A stretch of DNA of 64,000 bases. It comes from Eledone cirrhosa (taxonomy: Eukaryota). The stretch is from NCBI GenBank assembly GCA_964016885.1, contig OZ024745.1, positions 86,614,001 through 86,678,000 of the forward strand, written 5' to 3'. Of this stretch, positions 38,301-50,005 are shown in pieces; within the stretch, counting starts at the first letter, position 1, and each line of letters starts with the position of its first letter. The notes beneath the pieces are model-generated. The model was not told the origin of the DNA. It saw only the letters and a list, made by a program, of their open reading frames with translations, and searched no databases. Made by a program: the position numbers and the translations under genes.

Positions 38301-41300
38301 TTATTGAAAGTATTAATTGACCTGCGTGCATATTATTTTATTCTTTTATGTTTTGCGAGGAACTACCTTTCCCGCTTGGTGACGGTGTGAGATTTCTCAT
38401 TGTGAGACTGCTGGCTGGAATTTTAAATTTGGCGGTCACTCTGGCGGGGACGGGTTTCATCGCTGAATATTAATATCGGTAGGTTTTTTTAATATCGATA
38501 TTGTCGGGCATCCACTAATGATTTATAAGTGCCCACCTACATATATTCCTATGGACTATAACCTGGATATTATTCTCCCAATTTCTAGAAAACTTATAAT
38601 TAATCGATCGTTTGTAAAGAGAGATGTATTTAATTATGTCTCATATAAAATAATACAACTGGCAATCCGCAAAATACGTATAGTTAGCACCCCAAACGTA
38701 TAATTGGGATTAAACTTAGGTATATCCTAATGTTTGTTGAGTGAGACGGAAGCCGGTCGGAGTATTGCTTAAAGCTTTCTCTGTTAATGTATTAAATATT
38801 ATACTCTTGATTTGGCCAGAGATGAATATTTCCATATACTTTTTAGGTATGACTTTCTGTATTTATTCTTTGTATGAAATATTGATTGTTTTTCCGGTAT
38901 CTTTTCTCTGACTTTAGCCTAAGAAAATTACTATATGCGTGTATAAATAATACATGCATATATTTATTTATTTATATCCAATTGAGTTCTTCACGCATGG
39001 TTAAAATTATTGAAAGAATTAATTGACCTGCATGTATATTATTTTATTCTTTTATGTTTTGCGATGACCTCCCCTTCCCGCTTGGTGACCGTGTGAGATT
39101 TCCCAATGTGAGACTACTGGAATTTTGAATTTGGCGGTCACTCTGGCGGGGACGGGTACCATCGCTGAATAGTAATATCGTTAAGGTTTTTTTAATATCG
39201 ATATTGTCGGGCATCCAGTCATGATTTATAAGTGCCCACCTACATATATTCATATGGATATGTGTAGGCTTCTACATAACCTGGACATTATTTTCCCAAT
39301 TTGTTGAAAACCTATAATGAAACGATCGTTTGTAAAGAGAGATGTATTTAATTATGTCTCATATAAAATAATAAAACTGGCTATCCGCAAAATACGTATA
39401 GTTAGCACCCCAAACGTATAATTGGGATTATACTAAGGTATATCCTAATGTTTGTTGAGTGAGACGGAAGACGGTCGGAGTATTGCTTAAAGTTTTATCT
39501 GTTAATGTATTAAATATTATACTCTTGATTTGGCCAGACATGAATATTTCCATATACTTTTTAGGTATGACTTTCTGTATTGATTCTTTGTATGAAATAT
39601 TGATTGTTTTTCCGGTATCTTGTCTCTATTTTTAGCCTAAGAAAATACCTATATGCGTGTGCAAATAATACATGCATATATTCATTCTTTTTATATACAA
39701 TTGAGTTCTTCACGCATGGTTAAAATTATTGAAAGAATTAATTGACCTGCGTGCATATTATTTTATTTTTATGTTTTGCGATGACCTCTCCTTCCCGCTT
39801 GGTGAGGGTGTGAGATTTCTCATTGTGAGACTGCTGGAATTTCAAATTTGGCGGTCACTCTGGCGGGGACGGGTACCATCGCTGAATATTAATATCGGTA
39901 AGGTTTTTTTTATATCGATATTGTCGGGCATCCACTGATGATTTATAAGTGCCCACCTACATATATTCCTATAGACTATGTGTAGGCTTCTACGTAACCT
40001 GGACATTATTCTCCCAATTCGTAGAAAACTCATAATGAAACGATCGTTTGGAAAGAGAGATGTATTTAATTATGTCTCATATAAAATAATACAACTGGCT
40101 ATCCGCAAAATGCGTATAGTTAGCACCCCGAACGTATAATTGGGATTATACTAAGGTATATACTAATGTTTGTTGAGTGAGACGGAAGCCGGTCGGAGTA
40201 TTGCTTAAAGCTTTCTCTGTTAATGTATTATATATTATACTCTTGATTTTGCCAGAGATGAATATTTCCAGATACTTTTTAGGTATGACTTTCTGTATTT
40301 ATTCTTTGTATGAAATATTGATTGTTTTTCCGGCATCTTGTCTCTGATTTTAGCCTAAGAAAATTCCTATATGCGTCTATAAATAATACATGATTATATT
40401 TATTTTTTCATATCCAATTGAATTCTTCACGCATGGTTAAAATTATTGAAAGAATTAATTGACCTGCGTGCATATTATTTTATTCTTTTATGTTTTGCGA
40501 TGACCTCCCCTTCCCGCTTGGTGACGGTGTGAGATTTCTCATTGTGAGACTGCTGGCTGGAATTTTAAATTTGGCGGTCACTCTGGCGGGGACGGGTACC
40601 ATCGCTGAATATTAATATCGGTAAGGTTTTTTGATATCGATATTGTCGGTCATCCACTGATGATTTATAGGTGCCCACCTACATATATTCCTATGGAGTA
40701 TGTGTAGGCTTCTACATAACCTGGACATTATTTTCCCAATTTGTAGAAAACCTATAATGAAACGTTCGTGTGTAAAGAGAGATGTATTTAATTATGTCTC
40801 ATATAAAATAATACAACTGGCTATCCGCTAAATACGTATAGTTAGCACCCCAAACGTATAATTGGGATTATACTTTGGTATATCCTAATGTTTGTTGAGT
40901 GAGACGGAAGCCGGTCGGAGTATTGCTTAAAGCTTTCTCTGTTAATGTATTAAATATTATACTCTTCATTTTGCCAGAGATGAATATTTCCAGATACTTT
41001 TTAGGTATGACTTTCTGTATTGATTCTTTGTATGAAATATTGATTTTTTTTCCGGCATCTTGTCTTTGTTTTTAGCCTAAGAAAATTCCTATATGCGTGT
41101 ATAAATAATACGTGCATATATTTATTTTTTCATATCCAATTGAGTTCTTCACGCATGGTTAAAATTATTGAAAGAATTAATTGACCTGCGTGCATATTAT
41201 TTTATTCTTTTATGTTTTGCGATGACCTCCCCTTCCCGCTTGGTGACGTTGTGAGATTTCTCATTGTGAGACTGCTGGAATTTCAAATTTGGCGGTCACT

Positions 41301-41680
41301 CTGGCGGGGACGGGTACCATCGCTGAATATTAATATCGGTAAGGTTTTTTTTATATCGATATTGTCGGTCATCCACCGATCATTTATAAGTGCCCACCTA
41401 CATATATTCCTATGGACTATGTGTAGGCTTCTACATAACCTGGACATTATTCTCCCAATTTGTAGAAAACTTATAATGAAACGATCGTTTGTAAAGAGAG
41501 ATGTATTTAATTATGTCTCATATAAAATAATACAACTGGCTATCCGCAAAATACGTATAGTTAGCACCCCAAACGTATAATTGGGATTATACTAAGGTAT
41601 ATCTTAATGTTTGTTGAGTGAGACGGAAGACGGTCGGAGTATTGCTTAATAAAGTTTTCTCTGTTAATGTATTAAATATA
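35383..41680. repeat. Tandem satellite, ~720-bp unit, ~9 copies
   Basis: Unit starts (TGTCTC..TTTTAGCCTAAGAAAAT) recur at about 35383, 36103, 36810, 37534, 38196, 38903, 39620, 40340 and 41060. Confidence 0.95.
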
Positions 41681-41807
41681 TTCCCCCGGTTGAAACGTTT
41701 TTTGAAATATCCACTTCTGCGTTTACAGATTGACTTTGTTAGTTTCAGAAGATCCCGTTAAGGGTGAAAGCAGCGATTCTTTGCTTAAACTTTAGTCTGT
41801 TATTTTA

Positions 41808-41844
<37 letters not shown>

Positions 41845-41975
41845 ACAGAATCATTTTTTAAAGTATGTCAACAATTTGTCATAATAACTGTGTGGCACAT
41901 GAAACGTGAAGATATGTTAAGATTATAATTACAGTATATTTCTAATGTAGATTTAAACACACACACACACATATA

Positions 41976-42063
<88 letters not shown>

Positions 42064-42110
42064 AAGGAAAAGCGAAGTAGTTTCAGATGTTCAAGTCCTT
42101 TAATAATAAT

Positions 42111-42184
42111 GCTGTGATATATATTTCAGTGACGACACTGGCCACACTGTTCTGTGTGCGAGTGTTGTGTCATCATCAGACAGC
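42111..42184 (-). ncRNA. Type I hammerhead with long stem II (left arm)
   Basis: Minus strand: GCTGT-CTGATGA-TGACACAACACTCGCACACAGAACAGTGTGGCCAGTGTCGTCACT-GAAA-TATATA-TC-ACAGC. Confidence 0.78.
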
Positions 42185-42885
42185 TTTTTACATAATAAGG
42201 TTATGTTTCCGAGGCAATCCAAATTGGATCGACAAGGGAACGGATGAATTGCGTGCTTTGGGTTTTTTTTTCATCCGCTCCCTTGTGAGTACCAATTCAC
42301 CCCCACCGGCCTGCGCAAGCGCATGTCCGAAGGAAGTTGACCATTCGCCACCGCAGACTTCAACGAAATTTGCTTAGTCAGTTCACCCTGTCATCCAAAA
42401 CAATGGCCCACCAATGCCTGTACCATATTTTACTGCTTCCCATCACGGCTGTGGCAGTCAGCCGAGAGCCAGAGGGGATGGGAGAGTGTTAGTTTTTACA
42501 GGTCATAATACTACCCCTCACTAAGCGTTGACGGTACGGGAAAATAAACTTATTCTAGGTATCATGGTTTTACGTTGGAAGTTAAGGGTGAGAGTTGGAA
42601 ATAAAAATTAAAATCCTAAATCAAATATCAGAAATTATAAATTAAACAATTATCACCTGAAAAGAATTTTTTTAATTCTTTTTTTAATTCTTTAATTTCT
42701 AATTGTTAATTTCTTAATTGTTTAATTTATAATTTCTGATATTTGATATTTGATTTAGGATTTTAATTTTTATTTCCAACTCTCACTCTTAACTTCCAAC
42801 GTAAAACCATAATACCTAGAATACGTTTATTTTCCCTTATAAGGTGATGGTCAGCCGTACCGTCAACGCTTAGTGAGGGGTAGTA

Positions 42886-43041
42886 GTGGATTGGCACTAT
42901 CGGTAGAGGGTCGGACGCCATGCTTTCAAGCATAGTTACGTCCCTTTACGATCTGAGTTCAAATCCCGCCGAGGTTGACTTTGCCTTTCATCCTTACGGG
43001 GTCGATAAAATAAAGTACCAGTAGTGCCTAAAGTAGAAACA
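42886..43041 (+). mobile_element. Meta-type SINE inserted in the right arm of the inverted repeat
   Basis: Family match; absent from the left arm; AGTA duplicated at 42882-42885 and 43042-43045. Confidence 0.88.
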
Positions 43042-43366
43042 AGTATTATGACCTGTAAAAACTAACACTCTCCCATCCCCTCTGGCTCTCGGCTGACTGC
43101 AACAGCCGTGATGGGAAGCAGTAAAATATGGTACAGGCATTGGTGGGCCATTGTTTTGGATGACAGGGTGAACTGACTAAGCAAATTTCGTTGAAGTCTG
43201 CCGTGGCGAATGGTCAACTTCCTTCGGACATGCGCTTGCGCAGGCCGGTGGGGGTGAATTGGTACTCACAAGGGAGCGGATGAAAAACCCCAAAACACGC
43301 AATTCATCCGTTCCCTTGTCGATCCAATTTGGATTGCCTCGGAAACATAACCTTATTATGTAACAA

Positions 43367-43440
43367 GCTGTCTGATGATGACACGACACTCGCACACAGA
43401 ACAGTGTGGCCAGTGTCGTCACTGAAATATGTATCACAGT
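43367..43440 (+). ncRNA. Type I hammerhead with long stem II (right arm)
   Basis: GCTGT-CTGATGA-TGAC-ACGACACT...AGTGTCGT-CACT-GAAA-TATGTA-TC-ACAGT. Confidence 0.78.
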
Positions 43441-43565
43441 ATTATTATTAAAGGACTTGAACATCTGAAACTACTTCGCTTTTCCTTATTCGATATTTAC
43501 TCCGTCACTCCTATGTGGAAAAAGTACGTTGAGTGCTTGAATTGAATTGCATCAATGTTTACCCT

Positions 43566-43608
<43 letters not shown>

Positions 43609-43637
43609 AAAGAATAGAGGTGTAACACACAAGTTAT

Positions 43638-44045
43638 TATATATTGGTAAACGGAATAGAAAATGCTGACAAATTGTTCACAGTTGAAAAATGGTTTAAT
43701 TAGGAATAAAAGAGTATTAGTAATTGTATGGGTTAGTATTCAGTTGTGGTTTTAAGTTTTTAAGTTTTTACCGGTTGCGCATTTCTAAATGCTTTTCAAA
43801 AATAATTTTGAGATAGAGTGTCCGTGTTGTTTGCTCTGATATAAACTCTTAGATCAGAGCAAACAACACGGACACTCTATCTCAAAATTATTTTTGAAAA
43901 GCATTTAGAAATGCGCAACCGGTAAAAACTTAAACACTTAAAACCACAACTGAATACTAACCCATACAATTACTAATACTCTTTTATTCCTAATTAAACC
44001 ATTTTTCAACTGTGAACAATTTGTCAGCATTTTCTATTCCGTTTA

Positions 44046-44055
<10 letters not shown>
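43638..44055. repeat. Near-perfect palindrome (~200-bp arms, 12-nt loop)
   Basis: ...GTTTGCTCTGAT-ataaactcttag-ATCAGAGCAAAC...; bounded by (TA)n. The right arm has a PLE-like '..LKPQLN' ending. Confidence 0.92.
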
Positions 44056-44089
<34 letters not shown>

Positions 44090-44200
44090 TAATTTAATAT
44101 ATCAACTAACATAAGCGCACAGATGCACGCCCATGCCAGCAAATACACAGGTTATGTCATAGTACCTAGGTGGTTCAATGCAGGAGAATGCAGAACAATA

Positions 44201-44329
44201 ATATAAAGGACGTAAAATAAGAAAATATTTTTTTAAAAAAATTTAAAAAAATTTTTTTCTTACTTAAATTTAAGTAAGAAAAAAATTTTTTTTAAATTTT
44301 TTTAAAAAAATATTTTCTTATTTTACGTC

Positions 44330-44338
<9 letters not shown>
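44201..44338. repeat. AT-rich near-perfect hairpin palindrome
   Basis: ATATAAAGGACGTAAAATAAG...TACTTAAA/TTTAAGTA...CTTATTTTACGTCCTTTATAT. Confidence 0.9.
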
Positions 44339-44391
<53 letters not shown>

Positions 44392-45231
44392 ATAATAATT
44401 TTCACCCATTGTAATCATTCTATATCCTAGTCATACCACCCAAACCTCGTCATATCACATCACCTATCTTAAAAATGAAAGATACATTCGTTAAAATACG
44501 TCATGTTATACATGATAGATTGACAGTTGTTTTGGGGGAGGGTGGGAAGGGTGGGGGCATAGATAAAAATCTAATGATTCGCTTCTGACGATGTTTTTAC
44601 CATTTCATTTGAGCAGTGAGAACGAGAAATTATGACGTTAGTTTTGTTTAGGCACTTATCAGACCCATAATCAGACGCTTAAGGCATATTTCAATTATTT
44701 GAAAATTGAAATACCAACTGAAATAGCTGATATGGTAAAATAAAAACACTATGAGGTGATGACTAATACTGTATATATTTCATTGGTTATAGTTATAGTT
44801 TTATTTAGCAATTTGTAGTTGTCGTTTCTTAGATATAGGATTTTACGATCGAACTGAAATAGATATTGTGAAACAAATCTAAGAGTTTATATCATGAGAA
44901 ATTCTACGCAGCACATTTGACAGCCTAACTTAATTTGAGTTTACAACTCAGAAAACTCCTAAATTGTCAGAAATCGTATTAGTTTCATGTGCTACAAACA
45001 GTGTTAAACACAAACCCACTTTACGGTGTTAGAAATGATTGAAAATTTACCGGGCGACATTTTGTATTCCTATAACACAATTCTTGCTTTGCTAAGAGTA
45101 GTCTGAACTAACAACTAAGTATATCTAATTATGTCAGGATATCAAAACGTGTATTCTCACGCAAAATATTACACACATACACTTCTCTTTACACACGTAC
45201 ATATAGAATTAATGTTGCAACACAAACATAT

Positions 45232-45487
45232 TGTGGTTAGAAAGAGCTATCTCACTTACCGCTTTTCACAGGCGCCGCTAAATTCCACTGCAGGTACTCC
45301 TCTTCCACGTGCGTCCGACTGCTTAACACCGGGAGCTGCCCAAAACTCACGTCCACACCGTGTGCTGGTCACCACTAGGGAGAGGCCCTCTGTTGGCCCT
45401 TCCGGTCGAGCATCCTTCCGGCCAAAGACTCCTTCCGGTCGAGCACTCCCCCCGCCTCCGGCCACCGCACGCCACACCATACCCACA
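45232..45487 (-). repeat. Gypsy 3' LTR
   Basis: Direct repeat of 49151-49406. Confidence 0.95.
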
Positions 45488-45499
45488 CGCCCCCTGATC

Positions 45500-48311
45500 T
45501 CAAGGATCAATTTCCCCCTCGTCCCTCTGCATATGAAAGTCTGCCGTCCAGGTCGGTGGTCTACGACTTCGTTGCGATCTTCGTAGTATTGGGGCAGAGC
45601 TCTGGGTTTCCACCTCATCTTGGGTTTCCTCTTCCTCGGAGTCCGTCGACACAGTGATTCTTCTTACATCCAGGACATGACGTGGTACCCCGTCCACGGA
45701 CACATTGTTCTTTGAATTTACGGCCGTCACCGTTCCCCTTCCCCATTGAGATGTGCAACGTGCATCTGGGGGCTTAACCCAGACTTCTTCGCCCACCTGC
45801 ACGAATGCACTCTCTCTCCCCACTGGCCGTTGTGGTGGCGTGCACGGGTGCCGCCACTCGTATTTGAATACTGCTCTATGTGGCACCGATTCCTCGACCT
45901 GTCCAACCCGAGGGGACATATTGTACCAGAACACTGCCTCCATTGGTGAGATTTGGCCCCGCTCCGCCATTGCCTTGATCGTCCGGTGGTGTGGCTCCAC
46001 GATTCCATTCCCGTCGGCCTGTGCGCCGCTCTGAAGAAACGGTCCACCTTCCATCCATCGAGCATCTCCCTCAGTGCCTCCGAGCGGAATGCTGCGCTGT
46101 TGTCCATCAGCAGTTCATCCACAGGGCCCCGCTCCAAGAACACCTCTCTCAACGTCCGCACGATTTCCTCGGCCGTTCCAGTCTTCATCTCCCTCCATAT
46201 CGCCATTCGACCTGGTCCACAGTCGACCATCGAGAGGTACGTTCCCTGCCGGTAGTGCGTCACATCCACCGCTAATCGCTTCCAGTCGCGATCCACCGGG
46301 AGGCTTCCCGTTTCGTGTACACCCGGGGCGGGATCAATAGACTGACATCGGACGCAGCCTCTAACCACCCCCCGAACACTGTGTCTGCTAACGTCCGAGT
46401 CGATTCTCCTGGCTAGGAACAGGCTCCTATCCACCCCCATGTGGTGCATATCATGCAACCCCTTCAGGTCTAACTCGGTCAGCCGACACACGGCAGCTAT
46501 CTCATCCTCTACCTCCTCCGGCGCTTCCATCCAGGCTTTCTTCACTCTAGTTAAGATGTCCGCCCTATTTTTCTCTGAGGGCACGAACACTACGCTCAGC
46601 TTCAGGTCGAACTCGGTGGCCAGCTCTCCTAACATTCCCAGGCGGCGCTTTATCAGCATCTCCGCCGCGCCTCTCGTTCGCACTCTCTTCTCACTGGTGA
46701 GCACTGATCTTACCCATCTGAGTACAGTAGCCGAGTCGGTGCGTATCTCGATGGTGCGCAGCCCCCACCGCAGGGCGAGGTTCACCCCTCTCAACACCGC
46801 GTCCAGCTCGGCCACATTGATGTGGCTGCAGTCGTCCTTCTTTCTAAGCCAGGCTGCATCCTCGACCTCAACACCTCCTATCTCCAACGTGACACCCAGC
46901 GCTATGCTGCTGGCATCGCACCATACGGTCCCGCTCCGTGATTTGGGAACGTACCAGCGTCCCCGCACTGGGTCGTCGGACTTCACCCTCCCCACGATCT
47001 CCTGCATCATGGCCACCGTTCTCTCTCCCACTCTGTCACTCCAAGTCACCCCTCCCGCTCGTCTCTTGACATAGCTGCATGCCGTCCGGAGCCACCCAGC
47101 GATCGGGTAGTGACCCACCAGCTTTCCACACACCGAGAAAAGCTCCCGCCTATTCATACTTGGGCCCAGTTCCGGAACTTCGTTTCCCCTCTGGAACACC
47201 AAAACGCCCGTCTTATCTCGCCGTAGCCTAAGTCCCAGCGCGGCTCCTCCCTCCAATGCTTCTGATGGCTTCGCAGTCAGTCCATACCTCCACAAATGGC
47301 TCGTGACCTCCGCCGTCGACACCACCGACTCGTCCACTAGGATGTCGTCAATATAGGAGTTAGTAGCCCTCTTTATTTTGTCGGCCCTCCCCAGAGCGGT
47401 CTTGAGGACCGCCGCCATGATCTTCGGTGCGGAGCTCAGCCCGAAACCGAGCCTGGTCAGGCAATATGTCCGGCCCTTATACCTGACCAGCTGATACCGC
47501 CAGAGCTTCTCATCTATATGCAACTGCAAGTAAGCCGACTTTAGATCCACGATCGCTGAACCCCCCGTCAGGCGTCTCCACTCACGCAGGGTTTCCCCAC
47601 AGACATCCGTGACCTCGCCACCCGTGTAGCATGGCACGTGCTCGTTCAGCTCTCGATAGTCCAGCACCGGCCTCACCTTGCCCTTCGTGGGTCCACCACC
47701 GCCATCAACGGCAATACTCCGCACTTCACCTCCTCCTTCCAGGGAAGCAGTATGCCCTCTTCGATCCATCTCTCTACTTCTCGCTCGAACTCGCTCCTAG
47801 CGTTTCTCTTCAATGTGTGTTGATAGCAGCCCACTTTGGTCTTCAGCGTTGGTGGTTCTCCCTTCCAGTACCACTCAATAACCCATCGCTACCCATCAAA
47901 CACGGCCTTGAAGTCTTTGTCCTGTACAGTGTAAGCGGGGTATTCCTCCTCGTGGACCTTCTGGTTCTCATGACGTGCACTCACAGCGCATACCGATGCA
48001 GCGGCGCCAAACGACACACCGACATTGTTCACCGTGACGCCCCCTAGACGGCCAATCGCGTCCATGCTCATAACCACGCCGATCCCATCCACCACACTGT
48101 CTACCACGATGGCGGAAAGCCTTATCGTCCTTCCCTGTACCGCTATTTCCATCTCGCTGCGACCTCGGCATTCAATTTTCCTGCCGTCGACTGCCCTTAC
48201 GCTGCTCTTCCCTCCCCACCTCTGCGCCACCCCCGCGGTCACCAGTGTCGTCGTACAGCCCGTATCCACGAGGGCTCGCTGTGGCTTCCCCCTCACGAAG
48301 ACTTCCATCAC
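45500..48311 (-). pseudogene. pol: Gypsy pol (protease, RT, RNase H, integrase) with frameshifts
   Basis: ALVDTG; RPVLDYRELN, VDLKSAYLQL, LGFGLSSAP, SYIDD; WCDAS, AELDA, TDS; HHMG..CVRC, AVDV, MDNS, NGIVE. Confidence 0.95.
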
Positions 48312-48364
48312 GGGCAGCGCCGCTACTCGTAAGGGGCAACTACCACAGCGCAGTAGTTACCCTT

Positions 48365-49088
48365 AGATCGTTTCCCTGGTCGCAGTTAGTAGCGATGTGG
48401 CCTGGTCGCTTACACCGGTAGCAAATTATCTCCGGCTTCGACTCTCTACAGTCTCTAGCCATATGCGGGCCCTGGCACCTAAAACAGCGCCCCCTAAATT
48501 CGCGCGGACGGCCGCGTGCCGAGGTTGCCTCCCTTTCACCATTTCGCTGCCAGGTTTTTCCTGAGCCTCCGTAGTCGCTATCGCCGCAACACTCTTTTTG
48601 GCATCTTCCGCTATGATCCGGGCTTGTTCCACCAGTGAACGCATTTCCATCTCTTTATACCCCGGGACTTGCTGCAGTTTCACCGCTATGTCGTCCGGAA
48701 ATCCATTGATGAACGCCAACCGCACCGTGCGTTCGCATTCCGCCTGGTAACCGGCCAACATAGCCAACCGCCTTATTTCCGCTACGAAAATGTCGACGCG
48801 CTCACCATTCCACCTGATTCTCGCCAGCTTAGCAAAAGCCGCCAACGGTCCCTCGGCGAATGATTCCATCAGACGCCTCTCAATCTTCTGCACATCTCTT
48901 TGGCTGTGCTCGTCCAACTCAAGGAAGAGTACCAGCGCGTCGCCCTCGAGGTACAATGCTATGAGGCCGGCCACGTCTTCTATCTTCTGCAAGCCTGCAA
49001 CCAGCCGAATCTTCCGCAGCCAAGCGACAACATCACCTTCCCCGGTGAATGCCCTGAAAGCTTTGTTCATCCGTAGTCTTGTCGCCAT
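48365..49088 (-). pseudogene. gag: Gypsy gag with two CCHC zinc knuckles (frameshifted)
   Basis: ORF 48426-49088. In the alternate frame near 48380-48490: CFRCQGPHMARDC and CYRCKRPGHIATNC. Confidence 0.88.
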
Positions 49089-49138
49089 CTTCTGATTTGT
49101 TTTGCGGCAAGTGTTTTCTTTTTTTTTTTTTTTCAGTC

Positions 49139-49150
49139 GCCGAAATAGCT
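49139..49150 (-). promoter_or_regulatory. Putative non-canonical primer-binding site, complementary to tRNA-Phe nt 1-12
   Basis: The element strand reads AGCTATTTCGGC directly after the 5' LTR. Metazoan tRNA-Phe(GAA) begins GCCGAAAUAGCU. No TGG is present. Confidence 0.6.
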
Positions 49151-49406
49151 TGTGGTTAGAAAGAGCTATCTCACTTACCGCTTTTCACAGGCGCCGCTAA
49201 ATTCCACTGCAGGTACTCCTCTTCCACGTGCGTCCGACTGCTTAACACCGGGAGCTGCCCAAAACTCACGTCCACACCGTGTGCTGGTCACCACTAGGGA
49301 GAGGCCCTCTGCTGGCCCTTCCGGTCGAGCATCCTTCCGGCCAAAGACCCCTTCCGGTCGAGCACTCCCCCCGCCTCCGGCCACCGCACGCCACACCATA
49401 CCCACA
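49151..49406 (-). repeat. Gypsy 5' LTR
   Basis: Direct repeat of 45232-45487; upstream of gag on the minus strand. Confidence 0.95.
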
Positions 49407-49526
49407 CATATATCAGATGTGTACACGCTCACATATACATAGAAAGGAAGAAATAGATATAGAAAACTACATTTAACATGTACATACAAACTAAATAACC
49501 ACGTCACGTAGGCATCATTAAATATA

Positions 49527-50005
49527 TGTGTGTGTGTCTGTTTAATGAAGTATAACGTAACTTCGGAATATTATATATTATTATATACACATATAAATAA
49601 TATTATATAATATATAATTCGGAATATTATATATTATTATATACGCATATATATAATATATAATTGTTTCTACTTTTGGAACAAGGCCAGCAATTATTCC
49701 AGTGTATTACTGGTACTTTATTTTATCGACCCCGTAAGGATGAAAGGCAAAGTTAACCTCGCCTTTCATCCTTATAATAATATATAATATTCCGAAGTTA
49801 CGTTATACTTCATTAAACACACACACACAATTGGCAGTATCGGTAGAGGGTTGAACGCCATGCTTTCTAGCATAGTTACGGCCCTTTACGGTCTGAGTTC
49901 AAATCCTGTCGAAGTTAACTCTGCTTTTCATCCTTACGGGGTCGATAAAATAAAGTACCAGTAATGTACTGGGTATTTGCTGATCTTGTGCCAAAAGTAG
50001 AAACA
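49527..50005. mobile_element. Rearranged SINE locus: antisense SINE half (49665-49772) inside an inverted duplication of flanking DNA, followed by a sense SINE (49831-50005)
   Basis: ~49540-49585 is the reverse complement of ~49772-49818; both SINE parts match the family. Confidence 0.75.

Larger units (their letters stand above)
42060..43491. repeat. Long inverted repeat (~600-bp arms) of a hammerhead-bearing pLTR-like unit
   Basis: ORF 42087-42377(+) mirrors 43177-43464(-). The right arm is interrupted by a SINE. Confidence 0.93.
45232..49406 (-). mobile_element. Ty3/Gypsy LTR retrotransposon, full length and recent
   Basis: TG...CA LTRs of 256 bp (45232-45487, 49151-49406) in which I see only two substitutions; TSD CATAT (45227-45231, 49407-49411); domain order gag-PR-RT-RH-IN; purine-rich AGGGGGCG before the 3' LTR. 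Confidence 0.97.

Noticed and set aside
45131-49507. Plus-strand and LTR-overlapping ORFs in the Gypsy element
   Set aside because: Antisense or shadow frames of GC-rich gag-pol and LTR sequence, with no motifs.
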